A stretch of 64,000 nucleotides of DNA from Tetramitus jugosus (Eukaryota > Protista > Heterolobosea). The DNA lies in contig OW569353.1 of NCBI GenBank assembly GCA_937625935.1, positions 372,001 to 436,000 on the forward strand, in the 5' to 3' direction. Of the stretch, positions 1-12,405 are shown piece by piece. Every line of letters starts with the position of its first letter. The stretch's first letter is position 1. The translations under genes and the position numbers were made by a program. The notes under the pieces are model-generated. The model was given only the letters and a program-made list of their open reading frames with translations, searched no databases and was not told the origin of the DNA.

Positions 1-297
1 ATTCTGTCTCTCATACTTGAACATAACGTGGAGATCCCCCATTGGTTAAGACAAAAAATGGAAGCTCAATGCCCTTCGGAACTTCTGCGGGTCTTCTGCC
101 AATTTGACATGTACTCAGATGCCGTAACATTTGCAAAGAAATATCTTTCGAATCTGCCTTACAGAGCATCTAGCAACAATCAGGTCGTATTACCATTATC
201 TCAACTTGATTGGTTGTTGCAACAGAATATTGCTCAACCAGACAGGGAAGAATTACAACGACTTATTCGATCTCAGATCCTTCTTAATAAAAACTAA
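1..297 (+). CDS. NUP160: 3' end of a nucleoporin Nup160-like gene (5' part outside the window)
   Basis: Frame is open from position 1 to TAA at 295-297. EIPHWL...PSELLRVFCQFDMYSDAV...VVLPLSQLDWLL resembles the Nup160 C-terminus (LPNWL...AELLRLYLNYD...VWLPYSSIDQLL). Confidence 0.6.
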   Translation: MLSLILEHNVEIPHWLRQKMEAQCPSELLRVFCQFDMYSDAVTFAKKYLSNLPYRASSNNQVVLPLSQLDWLLQQNIAQPDREELQRLIRSQILLNKN

Positions 298-318
298 TGT
301 TTACAAGAGAATAGAATC

Positions 319-2482
319 TTACATTTGTACTTTAGGTTCTTGCTTTTGCTCTATTTCTTGGGTAACCGAGGCGAAATCCATCTCGAGATAACCTTTCCAT
401 GACTCAAACCAAATGAGAAACTTCAATACGACAATCAAGGTGGCTCTCTTGATGGTACGAACGATACGCCTTGTCAATAACTTAGCGTTCAATTGTTCTT
501 TCTCCAGCTTTTTGAAACGATTTCGCAGGATGGTATGACAAACACTCTTTTTCTGTGTATCACTTCGTCCCTCAACCGACCATTCATGAGTCCCACTCAC
601 AGAGTCTGATGAGGCATGCATTGACGTGAAATCATTTTCAATCCACAGAGCGATGTCATCATTTTGACCGTGATATATTGTAACATTAGCCTTTGTCGGC
701 ATAGGTCCTACGTCAGTCATATATTCCTCAACTAACTCCGAGACAGTTGTTTTGCTCCTTGCTCGGTTGACAAGTGCTTCAGACAACTTAGATTTAGTTG
801 CATTCAAAGATGAGCTTTCAGATTCATACTTTAGCAACAAATAATTTCTATACACTCTCATTTCTAGCCACTCTCTCCAAACTCGTATCAAATAGTGGTA
901 GGATATCCAAACTACAGTTGCTATGGTTGTTCCGTAAAAAACATCAACCGTATAGTGGAAGTGAGTTGCTATTAAAACGAATAATCCACCCAGAACAACT
1001 GGAATGATTGATAAACGGATCAACACAAAGCGATGATCCGTATAGGTGAACCATGACAGACCCATTAGTGCCATTGCTACACTGTGACCCGAGAACAAAC
1101 AATCACTGCACTGAAATGCAAAAGAAGTAAGTAACAAAGAACTACACCGCTATTGTACACAAACAACAAAACAATACACCTACCGTTCTCTCAAATCCTA
1201 GAATGATCATAAATGCAGAGGAAAAAGGATTGGAAAATTCTTTTGCTTGACACTGACTCCATGGATTGGGTAACAACGTAATCGATATGCTGATAGACCG
1301 TAAAACAAATATAAATCCATGACAAAACAACATTCTTCTAGCAATGGTCAATGTGCCTCCCACTCCCCTGGAAATAATGGTTTTCATGATTACAAATCCA
1401 ATCACTGCAAACAAGTAATAATCAGCCAACAGGGGAACCGTAATATAGGGCAAAATGGAGAAACCTAGGTCAATCAATGGGCTATCATTCTGCAATCCTT
1501 TCCTAATTACTTCATTCTGTACCAGTATTTGAACTACAGAATTCCAATACACACATGTCAACATCCAAATCGCTGCAAAGAAGAACTGAAATCCTTCTTG
1601 ACGAATAGGAAAGTAGAAAAAGGATCGAACAAAGGAGGGAATGCTGTTATGCTTCCTGTTGTAGCTTAGATCGAATGGAGCAATATGTATTCCACTGAGC
1701 GCATTAGGAGTGTCTAAATGTGGTGAATCTTCAATTCTTATGGATGTCTCTCCTGAACCGACAGAACCAACAGGTGCATTGTCAATCTGTATCATCAAAC
1801 TTCTTCTATAATGAGAATGAGGATTGTTAGCAGTTGTCAGAGAGGGAAGGTTTGGATGTGTGCTCATTGCAACAACAGGAGTGGGAGATGATGAGTGAGC
1901 CAGAGGGTGCTTCAAGCTCTGCTCCCTGCTCCAGCCTGGAGATGGAATCATGGTTGCAGTAGCGGCAGTATTGCGGGGAGACCTCTCTTGAATTGTATTC
2001 TTCCTCTTCTTTTTTTGTTGATGATGAATTGCCGTTGTAGATTTGCGGGAATAGAACCGCTTCAAGTGATGAAACGGTTGCCGCAATAATTTTCTCCGCT
2101 TGTCATCGCTACTGTAGATTTTTTCACGAGAATGAGATGGTAGTATGTGTTCATTGTCATCAGCATCATCGCCGTCATTCAACACTTCCTCCTCTGTTTC
2201 TTCTTCTTCTGTTCCTTCCTGAACATCCACACTGCTGCTGCTAGTGTAACTTGTAGACTCTCCATGATTGGTTGTTTCATGGGAAGCGATTGATTGAGGA
2301 GAGAATGGTGAGAGAATTGGCTGTGAGGGACGACGCTCTTTGGTCAACAGCGGAGAGGATGGAGTTACTGGAGAGGATGACGCTAATAATTTGTCATTGT
2401 TGTTGAAGGAGAAGGGAGGGATTGTTGTTGAGGGAGTGACATTATTCAAGGATAGAGCACTTGTTGGAGTGGTGTTCGTCAT
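319..2482 (-). CDS. Sphingomyelin synthase / inositol-phosphoceramide synthase family (PAP2-like), 2 exons
   Basis: Intron 1111-1183 (GTAGGT...TTTCAG) joins ERT|CSDCLFSGHS. Catalytic HYTVDV motif, TLLPNP motif and several TM segments; long Ser-rich N-terminus. Confidence 0.85.
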
Positions 2483-2891
2483 GTCTCATAAAAAAGAGAA
2501 AATGGATGGTTGCGTAGGGCGTTCGTTACAGTTAAACGATAACTGTTGAGTGACTAGTTTGTTGTTGGTTGAAAGAAATAGAAGAATGAGAAAATGAATT
2601 TCTCTGTTGAAGAAGAACAATGTTGGAAGGGAGCAAGTACTTTGTTATTGATTGTGAGCTTCTTGCAGTTTTTACATGTGTTTTTATGGGACTGCATTGG
2701 ATGTCGGCGTATCCCGAATGGTATCCGCAACGTCTCTTCACTCCTCTCCGAATCCAACGCCTTTTGATATTTTTCGATGGAGCGAAAGTCTTAATATTCC
2801 GATGTCTTTCAGGAGAATAAATTGTTCCGTGAAGTTGTATGACAACACTTTTTTACTGACAGCATCAACCAACACCAAACAGACCTTCAAG

Positions 2892-5201
2892 ATGTCATTG
2901 AAACGTCCAGTCAGTGAACTTGTTGGTCATCCATCAAAAAATGTTGGTGGTGCTTTCGAGATGATGCAAGTTGCAAAGAAACAACGTTCCTCCTTGCCCG
3001 TCCACACTGATGAAGGACCCTTGTTGTTGAGTGATGACACGCTCCAGTACTGCCTAAGCTTCTTGCCAACTGTTGATCTGTTGCAATCTGTTTGCCTAGT
3101 CAATCATAAGCTGTATCATGCCATTTTGGATGGTCCAAGTGATATTTGGAACAATCGAGTGATTGAGTTGTCCAACTTTCTTCACCCAACCAATCGTGAG
3201 GAAACTGAAAACAGGGTGAGACAATTTTTTTCCCGGTGTTGTGTGAAGCGATTCACTCAAGTGAATTTGACTTGGGTGCCAATGTTGATGACACTGCTGC
3301 CTCAGATTGAACAAGTTGATTTCCCAACCAATTATTTGCCAGAGTCAGAGGACAGCATGGCCCATGTACGGAGCCCTAATCTCAAATCTTGTACAGTGTC
3401 TTCTCCGATACTGTTGAGGAGAATGTTGGAGAGTTCACCACACTTGTACAGGATTGATTATTATAAGAATGAGATGTTGGAAGATGATACGCTGCAACTT
3501 ATTTTACAACGAGAGAGATTGGAGCGATTTCATTGCATGTGCGAACTGTCAGACGACTTTATTCTCCAACTATTGTCAAAGTTTAAGATTAGAAACATTG
3601 GATTGAAGAGTATTGGTAATTCAATATGGTCATCGATATCGAAACTACAGCACGCAGAATTGATTGAGGATGTCTATATAGAGAACTATAAGGAACATAC
3701 TGATCAATTTCATCCGATACGACCATTGAAGATTAGTCGCTTACATTATGCAGAATTCACTCCTTCTATCCCACCATATTTGAGCGAGTTAATCAACTCG
3801 TGTCGCAATACCCTTTGTCACCTAGAAATTGATAACCTATCTGGATTATCTAATTTTGACAACTTACAGGCTCTCCCAAATTTACGTTATTTCAAGTGTG
3901 AGGCTTGTAACAATATGAAATTATGTCATCAAATCATTTGTTCAGCCAGTAAAACATTGGAAGAGTTAAAGATAGAGATAGGGGAGGAACAACACATCTT
4001 CGTTGGCGTAGCTTTACCTCGACTACACACACTAACAATCCAATTTGCTAATCCTCATTATTTATTTTTCCTTCTATCTGCGTGTGTAAATGGATCCCTC
4101 AAAAATCTTTCAGTTACGCTAGCAGAATCTGACGCTGCAAATCCTCTCTTTCGACCAGTTAAGTTGTCTAGTATAGAAAAAGTTTCGATTATGAGTTCGG
4201 ATAATCAATTTTCCACCATTTTGAGTCTGTTGAAATCCATAAACGAACCAACCCTTACCACTCTGGATTTGTATACAGTCACTGGGCCATTGGAGAGGGA
4301 GCAGCTGAGACAAGAATTCAGTGCATGCTCATCTCTAAGCACTTTCTCTGGTAATCTAGATATATTCAGTAACCTACCTGATTCGATTGTTTCCCAGCTT
4401 ATCAATATTGCTTGTACCGATTTTGATGGAGGTGAGGAAGAAGAGGAGGGTGTTCGACCAACCATCGCTCAAATGACCATCGAAGATGTCCTCCAGTTCT
4501 CAAAGTGTGCAAATGTGGAACGCTTATTGATTGAGAGAAACAGAGAGTTACTAACTGTGACTACTTTTCTGGCAACTGTCATTCAATCAATGCCTCGACT
4601 AAGATTTCTCAAGCTCTCAAATCAGGTTCCAATAGGAGTTTTACCTGCTCATTGCCAGCTTCAACATTTAGAAGAAGTTCACGGTGCGTTTCATGGCAAT
4701 CAGACACAATGGGTATCATTGGTTCGATCAATGCCAGCACTTCGAGTCTTTGATGTGTTGAACAGACCATTTGCATTGGACAATTTCTTTGCAATCATAC
4801 CACTTCTAAATGGAAGTCAAATTTCGGTGTTGAATATTGCTATTTCAGCAAGCAAAATATTTGTTCCAAAGGTCCCCTTTATGAGCCGAAAAGTCCGGTT
4901 ACACTTGCGTTTGACAGTGTGCTTGAATTTTGAGGAAATGATATTGGCTTGCTTGTGCTTGTCACATGAGTCATGTGATAGCTTGCAAGTGAGCTTCTAT
5001 TACTGCCGTGATGATGACCAACAACTAACAGCCCAAGATGTTGTCGATGTGCCTGGCAAAGTATTGACTGCTTTGAACCGAATAGAGGGGATTAGTGATT
5101 CGGTAAGGAAAGAGATTACTGACCAATGCAGTCGAGGAGAGTTGCCTCGTTGTATCCAGAAGCTTACGGCAGCTGTCCAGGTTTACTTCTTCGATTATTG
5201 A
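2892..5201 (+). CDS. F-box / leucine-rich-repeat protein
   Basis: F-box-like LSDDTLQYCLSFLPTVDLLQSVCLVNHKLY followed by degenerate LxxLxL repeats. Start at ATG 2892 is inferred; the ORF is open from 2676. Confidence 0.65.
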   Translation: MSLKRPVSELVGHPSKNVGGAFEMMQVAKKQRSSLPVHTDEGPLLLSDDTLQYCLSFLPTVDLLQSVCLVNHKLYHAILDGPSDIWNNRVIELSNFLHPTNREETENRVRQFFSRCCVKRFTQVNLTWVPMLMTLLPQIEQVDFPTNYLPESEDSMAHVRSPNLKSCTVSSPILLRRMLESSPHLYRIDYYKNEMLEDDTLQLILQRERLERFHCMCELSDDFILQLLSKFKIRNIGLKSIGNSIWSSISKLQHAELIEDVYIENYKEHTDQFHPIRPLKISRLHYAEFTPSIPPYLSELINSCRNTLCHLEIDNLSGLSNFDNLQALPNLRYFKCEACNNMKLCHQIICSASKTLEELKIEIGEEQHIFVGVALPRLHTLTIQFANPHYLFFLLSACVNGSLKNLSVTLAESDAANPLFRPVKLSSIEKVSIMSSDNQFSTILSLLKSINEPTLTTLDLYTVTGPLEREQLRQEFSACSSLSTFSGNLDIFSNLPDSIVSQLINIACTDFDGGEEEEEGVRPTIAQMTIEDVLQFSKCANVERLLIERNRELLTVTTFLATVIQSMPRLRFLKLSNQVPIGVLPAHCQLQHLEEVHGAFHGNQTQWVSLVRSMPALRVFDVLNRPFALDNFFAIIPLLNGSQISVLNIAISASKIFVPKVPFMSRKVRLHLRLTVCLNFEEMILACLCLSHESCDSLQVSFYYCRDDDQQLTAQDVVDVPGKVLTALNRIEGISDSVRKEITDQCSRGELPRCIQKLTAAVQVYFFDY

Positions 5202-5310
5202 ACCTTGGCATTCCTGGCGAAATAAATCGGCCACATTCCACTTCCAGAAAAATGTCGAAGAATTTTTTCTTTGGTCTTTGTTTGATCCCAGAAACAAAAA
5301 CAATCAAACA

Positions 5311-7895
5311 ATGAAGTAAGTTGTGTTTCTCTTCTTCCACATCGTTGCTTTTTTCTCACTCATTCAATTCATAACCCCAGGTTCAAAATTGATGATCTCG
5401 ATGTGTTCTTCCCCTATGAGTACATTTATCCTGAACAATTCAATTACATGTGTGAATTGTACAAGGCTATCAAAAACAAGGGTCATGCAGTATTGGAGAT
5501 GCCTTGTGGTACAGGAAAAACCGTATCACTATTGTCATTGATCACTTCCTATCATTATGCGAATCCTGGCAGAGGCGGTAAATTAGTGTACTGCACAAGA
5601 ACTGTTCCAGAAATGGAAAAGGTGTTGGAAGAGTTGAAAAACTTGATTCGATATAGACAAGCTTTTATTGCTGAGGAAAAAGAAATGGCATCTTCGGCCA
5701 TGGATTTGGCTGAGGATGGAGTAGCAGTAGCAGAATCTGGTAAGCAACCATCGGATCAACTGCATGAATCTGGTGGACATTTGGTTGCCATTGGATTGAG
5801 TGCGAGAAAGAACTTGTGTATTCATCCTAATGTATCGATTGAATATGATGGATCGAGAGTGGACTCCATGTGTCGTAGTATGACTGCTAGTTGGGTACGA
5901 GAAAATGCTGCAGAGTATCCGGATCCAAGGGAGGCCGGCTATGAATTATGTGATTATTTTGAAGAGTTTGAAAAATCGGGTATCAAATCGATTTTACCTG
6001 ATGGTGTTTACACTCTAAAGGATTTGAAATCATTTGGTAAAAAGTATGGATGGTGCCCTTATTTTCTAGCGAGACGAGCCATTGAATATGCCAATATTGT
6101 CGTGTATAGTTATTCATACATGTTGGATCCGAAAATTGCCTCACTAGTCTCAAAAAGTTTGTCACGTGATTGTATAGTAGTGTTTGATGAGGCGCACAAC
6201 ATTGACAATGTGTGCCTTGAGTCTTTGAGTGTGAATATTAATAGGCAGATTTTGGCTCATGGTTTACAAAATCTTGACAGGTTGAACGAACAGATTATGA
6301 ACCAGAAGCGGGCCAACGCAGATCGACTTCAAGAAGAATACATGAGATTGGTCAATGGGTTAGCTTCGTCTGGTGTTGGTAGAAACGATGAAGCAATGAC
6401 TAATCCCATATTACCCGAGCATATTTTGCATGAAGCAGTTCCTGGAAACATTAGAAAAGGAGAACATTTTGTGCGTTATTTGAGACGGTTTTTGGAATAC
6501 GTGAAAACGAGGCTTGAAATTCGTCATGTCATTACTGAGACCCCAGACACTTTTTTGAATGCCTTGCAGCAGAACACATTTATGGATGCTCGATCGCTAC
6601 GGTTCGTTTCAGAGAGACTCCAATCCCTTCTAAACACACTAGAAATCAAAGATATTTATGAATTTAGAGGTGTCAAGGTCATAGCAGATTTTGCTACACT
6701 TGTGGGCACTTACCAGGAGGGATTTGTAATAATTATCGAACCCTATGATGAGAGAACTCCCGATATTCCAGATCCAATTCTTCAGTTCAGCTGTATGGAT
6801 GCTTCAATTGCCATTAGTCGTCCAGTGTTCGAGAGATTTGATACAGTCATCATCACGAGTGGTACGTTAAGTCCACTCAATATTTATCCAAAACTTTTAC
6901 AGTTTACTCCGACAGTCTCCAGATCACTACCCATGACACTAACTAGAAATTGCGTTTGTCCACTAGTTTTAACGAGAGGTAGTGATCAGGTTGCTGTTAG
7001 CACTGCTTATAAGACCAGAGGAGATCCATCAGTGATTAGGAATTACGGATCTCTGTTGGTTGAACTCTCCAAGTATGTTCCAGATGGAATCATTTGCTTC
7101 TTCACATCTTATCAATACATGGAGGATATTGTTGCAATGTGGTACGAGATGGGACTTTTGAGTGCTATTACAAAGAACAAGTTGGTGTTTATTGAGACAC
7201 CAAACACAGCAGAAACAGCCATTGCACTTAATAATTACAGGAAAGCATGTGATAGTGGTAGGGGAGCTGTATTTATGAGTATTGCAAGAGGAAAGGTTGC
7301 GGAAGGAATAGATTTTGATGGACATTATGGTCGAGCTGTTGTCATGTTTGGAATCCCATTTGTGAATACTGAGAGTAGGACACTGAAAGCTCGCTTGGAG
7401 TATATCAAACGAAAATTCAGAATTAATGAAAATGACTTTTTGAGTTTTGATGCACTGAGACATGCTGCTCAATGCATTGGAAGAGTTATTAGAAACAAAT
7501 CTGACTATGGCGTGATGATATTGGCCGACAAGAGATACAATCAACCGGAGAAGAGAAAGAAACTTCCTGGATGGATTCAGCAACAACTCACCGATACTCA
7601 CTTGAACCTGTCGACTGATACTCTGATGCGAGTATGTCGAAAGTTTTTGAAGGAGATGGCCCAACCTTTCCAGCATCAGCAATTACTTCTCACAGAAGGG
7701 GACATTAGCACCATGCAACGAGAAAAATCTAATTATTTATTGAATAGCATGAATGTTATTCAAGAAACACAAGACCAATCTGTCACAAAGAGTGTGGTTG
7801 AGGCATACCATCTTGACAATGACAAAGATCTAGATGACGATGAGTATACCAATGCTATGGAAGCAGCAGGCGACGCAATGAACACACAAGATTAA
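5311..7895 (+). CDS. ERCC2: TFIIH DNA helicase XPD/Rad3, 2 exons
   Basis: Micro-exon ATGAA plus intron 5316-5380 gives MKFKIDDLDVFFPYEYIYPEQ. Walker A EMPCGTGKT, DEAH box, four Fe-S cysteines, SGTLSP, GKVAEGIDF and QCIGRVIR motifs. Confidence 0.97.
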
Positions 7896-7912
7896 TAACC
7901 CTGTGAGAAAGT

Positions 7913-8409
7913 TTATTGTACAATAGGTTCCAGATCTGATGTCAATTGCTCTGTTCGTGCTTTGATGACTCTGTCGTGAACAAAATATACACATTAATTA
8001 TTGATTGTCAACCACCACACCAACAACATAAGTTTGACAGAAAAAAAATTACACACTTTATTTTCTTTGTAATGTGTTCCAGATCGGATTTCATTTCTTT
8101 CAACATTCTCGCATGTCCCTGATAATCAAAATGAACAACAGACAACTTCTTCTGCGTGTCTTCATTGAATTTCTTGAGTGCTTGATTGCTCTGTCTGAAT
8201 CGTCCATACATGTCCATCTGTCTCTGCTTCATCGTGTCCAAATCTTCTTCACAAACATATTGTAGGTATTCGTTTGCTGCCACGTCGGATGCAGACTTTA
8301 GTGTGAATTCCTCCAATTTCTTGTTGGTTGCCTCAAGTGCATCATGCTGTTGATCAAGCTGCACATCAGATGGTGGTGCTTGTTGTTGTTGTTGTGTTGA
8401 TTCTTCCAT
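7913..8409 (-). CDS. KXD1: KxDL-motif protein (BORC/BLOC-1 subunit KXD1-like), 2 exons
   Basis: Short coiled coil with MLKEMKSDLEHITKKIK. Intron 7971-8056 (GTGTGT...GACAG); last exon VIKARTEQLTSDLEPIVQ*. Confidence 0.75.
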
Positions 8410-8579
8410 TGGTTTTTTGTTGTTTTCCTCAGTGCGGCCAAAAGCTGATTGAGGGCAGAGAAACTTGAAGCGAGCAAAATCCCGCTTTTCTCTAAACAAT
8501 CAAAAAACCCCAATTCACACACAAAAACGCACCACCGACCAAACAAACAACAAACAGCAGGAACCACACAGGAATTAAA

Positions 8580-9884
8580 ATGACAGAAACTGAACAGCAA
8601 GCATCAGCACAAGACGCTGAGAATAAGGTCACTCTACCATTCATCATCACCAATGAAAAGCAATCAATGATTGCTGTTTCTCACTCTTCTCATTTTGTTG
8701 TTTTTCAATCAAGGTATGATTTGATTCTTCATCAATCCATGAGGATTTTGTGTACTATTTGGATTTTGTGTCCATTTGCTAAGATTTATAAACATGTTTC
8801 TCCATATGCATTCTCTCTCTCCAACTGTATATTGGTATATAATAGCACTGGAAATCAATTGTGGCAACATGATTTTACAACTGACATCACCGCAGCTCAA
8901 TTCTCAAACAGTGGTGACATGATTGCTGTGGCATGCGAAGACAAGAATATTCATGTCTTCTCCAAAGGAAAGAATGAATCATCATTGTTTGTTGAAATTG
9001 CAAACAGTTGTTCCAGGAAGAAGATTTCATGTGTTGCTTTCTCAAATGATGAATCAGAGCTGTGGTTTGGTGACAAGTTTGGTGATGTTCACTCGATTCC
9101 TACGACTACTACTACTGACAATGTTGTTGTCATCAAGAACCCTGAATTGCGATTGGGACATGTGTCTCTATTGACTGATATGGTACGTGTGTTTGTGTTG
9201 ATGTGTGTGTGTGTAATGATTGTATGTTCCAAGTGGGCTCACTAACGTTTTCATCATTTTATTATCATTTGAACAACAACAACAACAACCAAATAGAAAA
9301 TGTCATTTGATGGCAAGTATGTGATCACTGCTGACAGAGACGAAAAGATTCGTATCAGTAACTTCCCCAACTCGTACGAGATTCATCAATTCTGTCTCGG
9401 TCACAAGGAATTGGTTCTCTGGATTCAATTGTTGAACAATGAGTTGATGGTGAGCGCTGGTGCTGATGCAACCATTAGACTGTGGTCTATTGAGCATGGC
9501 ACATGCTTGTGCACTCTGAGCACAAAGAATGCTGCATCCGAACAAGAAGCAACTGTCAGAATTCCAAGCAGTTGTGCTGTTGTTTCCCCTGATCGCTTCT
9601 GGGTGAGCTTTGAAGGCAGTTCATCCATTAGTCTCTATGAGGTTCAAAATGGAAAAGATTTGGTTGAGATTGATACGAAGAATGTTGGAAGCACTGTTTT
9701 CTCACTGGCTTTTACGAATCAACAATTAATGGCGTTAGTAAGCGAGGAGCCACATTTGCGCAATTTGACAAACACTTCTGCTGTCGATTTTAAGGTGAGC
9801 TTAACTGTGGGTGAAGTAGGAGGAAAATCGAGTATGATGAAGACGAGAGATGCCAAATATGCCAAGAAGCCTCGGTTGGAATAA
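8580..9884 (+). CDS. WDR4: tRNA m7G46 methyltransferase non-catalytic WD40 subunit Trm82/WDR4, 3 exons
   Basis: GDKFGDV, LGHVSLLTD and ITADRDEKIRIS...FCLGH motifs. Introns 8714-8845 and 9183-9296. Confidence 0.9.
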
Positions 9885-9903
9885 ATTTTTACGTGGTATT
9901 CAT

Positions 9904-12222
9904 TTATTCTAACATTGATTGCGCAACTTGCAATTGTAACAAATTGACTCGATCGCTGGCAGACAGTGGCAAATAATTCACAAGCGAGTGATCAATTGGA
10001 CGCTCTTCGTTTAACATAATCTTGTACAGTTCGCTGAGTTCAATAGAAAGCTGAACTACTTTTCCAGACATGTACAGAGCACACTCCAACAACCATTTGT
10101 TTTCCTCTGTGACAACCTTGGGCAACCATTCATTATGTGTCACGAGGGCATCCATCAATTTCTCAACATTGTCCAACAGTTTCTGCACCGAGCTCTGAAT
10201 GTCCGGTGCTCTATTCTGAATCGATATCTGCAACAACTGATAATCGCTTGTGATTGATATGTAGTCGTAATATACCCCACCAGCGGCACTCCAGTTGACA
10301 ACTCTCTTGTCCTTCAGTTGCAACAATTGATCATAAACTGACTGTCCATTGTCGTTCAAAATAGCTCTAGGTGCTGTTTCTATCAACGCATCGTGTGCTT
10401 CATTGTACTTTCCTGCTCTAATTAAGTCATTCACAGATTGTGAAATGTTTCCCTTGTATCTGCTGTACCACGCTCGCGCCTCGTTGATAGCCTCTTCAAT
10501 ATTAATCTGTTCGAGAAATCTCACATAATTTACTCTTTCAATATTTCTCGATATGAGAGCTGTTAAAACACTTGGACTGCTCTTCAAAACCCCTTCTTCT
10601 GTGCAATATTCCATTACATGAACTGCTAATTCCCATAATCCATTACGTTCTAATTGCGCAGCGTACTTTGCACTGAGTTCTGGTGAATAGAGAGAAAGTT
10701 TTGACGATTCAACATTCGACAGCACAGTACAAAGATGCCATGCGAGATGATAATCTAATGGATCTGCTGAATATGCGGCCGGAGAAGTAAATTGATCAAT
10801 GAGTGGAAAGTCAACAATGTTGTCCAATGTTTCATTGCAACAATAGTATTGAATGAGACTGAACTTGATATCAATATCCTTTTCTTTTCTTGTGCCATTC
10901 GTTTCAGTTTGCAAAAACGAATTAGAAGGATAAGGTTCAGAATTCAAAAAACTCATAAAGGCCTGCTCTATCGACTCGTATGGTGATGTTCTGTACCACA
11001 AGTGCATACCTAGCTTCCTCTTCCAATCCAACTTCTTTTCGAATTCAGTACGAATTGCAGAGTTGCTGAATAAGCTACAAACGTCTATGAGTAATTTATC
11101 ACTCGGTAGTGCTCTCTGTATCTCATCCAACAAATCCTTGTGCTGTGATTGAAGTGACTGGGAGAGAAGCAAAGCCAGATCATTCTTACCCATTAAAGCT
11201 GCCTCATACGCTGCCTTTTCTCTCTGATTGCCACTCAACAAGGTAAAAATAGTGGCATAGGCTGATGCTTCACTCCGATTACCGAAAGAAGATGTAATTT
11301 GAGCCAAGTGTTGCTCCACAGTCTCACTAACTTCTCTTGCCAACCATTCACTCAGATTGTGTCGTCGAATCAATGATACTGGTAAGTTGTCGGGCAACTT
11401 TCCCCAAAGTGCCTTCACCAAGCGCCAAATTGATTCTGAATTTTTCAGAGAGTGTCTCACTTGTTCGCTGCACTGTGCACCGTGCTCAATCAGGCACTGT
11501 TGTGCAATTTGTTGATTCCTGTCGATTAAAACATCAGTCAATTGCTCATTCATTGCTGGATATCCCTCCAATCTCTCATTCATCATATCACTACCAATCA
11601 CTCTTGCTCCCTGAACCAGTGCACGCTTCTTGTGCTTTGGATTATAGTGTCGAAACGGTTCCACAAAATAACTCTCTGGATACTTCATTGTGGTCATTTG
11701 CGGATGACGATCAATGTCTATTGTCAAAACACGGAAACCTTTGCTCGCAGGAACAACGAGTCTTCCATCGGATCGAAAGCTTACTGAACACGATCGAGCA
11801 TTCAACACCAGTAAGCTCTTGCTGTGATCATCACTAAATTTTATGTTTTGTGTTTCGAGCATATCATCTTTGATGATGGAAAAGGTTTGATCATAGGGTT
11901 TCGTTTGAACCATTTGTCTCAATTTGGGTGTTGGTGCCATTGTTGGTGCTGTGAGTGGTGTTGTTGGTTTTTGCTTCATTTCATCAACAACTAACATGTA
12001 TGTGTGTGTATTTATGTGTGAGTACTATGTCTGAGTGCCTTTCATCGTTTGAAACAAGAAAAAAACATGAAAAAGCTTACAATGTTTCATCGTTCTTCTT
12101 CTCTTGCTCTCTTGCTGAGTTGGTTTTTCTTCTTCCTCTATAAATTCCATTTCTTCATCACTGTCATCGACAAAGTCGAGATCAATACCGAATGCACCAC
12201 GCTCCCTTGTGCTCTTGCTCAT
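9904..12222 (-). CDS. NUP96: Nucleoporin Nup96 (stand-alone), 2 exons
   Basis: IWRLVKALWG, RRHNLSEWL, LDWKRKLGMHLWY and DPLDYHLAWHL match the Nup96 domain. Intron 11991-12080 links in frame to exon 1 MSKSTRERGAFGIDLDFVDDSDEE. Confidence 0.85.
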
Positions 12223-12302
12223 TTTGTTGCTTGTGTTTTTTTCCTCTTGTTCAAGGAAGAAATTGAAGTGATCATGTTCGCGCCATTTGAGCTACGAAAC
12301 CG

Positions 12303-12310
12303 GCGCCAAA
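12303..12310. promoter_or_regulatory. E2F-like site (TTTGGCGC) in the divergent Nup96 / coiled-coil promoter
   Basis: GCGCCAAA matches the TTTSSCGC consensus; similar sites at 23165, 40042, 53243 and 62889. Confidence 0.35.
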
Positions 12311-12405
12311 TTTTTCTCGTTAACCTCCTTCTAAAGACACAAAAAATTAACAAAGCACTCACGAATCGATCCCCGAGTCGAAAACTGAACTTCGACGGCT
12401 GGAGA

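Noticed and set aside
7029-7682. 217-aa antisense ORF inside XPD (also 16521-17093 inside G-beta)
   Set aside because: Fully antisense to highly conserved genes with no recognisable motifs; typical of codon-bias shadows.
11985-12090. KHF at the Nup96 exon junction as an autoproteolysis site
   Set aside because: It is followed by Val rather than the nucleophilic Ser, and no autoprotease domain lies upstream.
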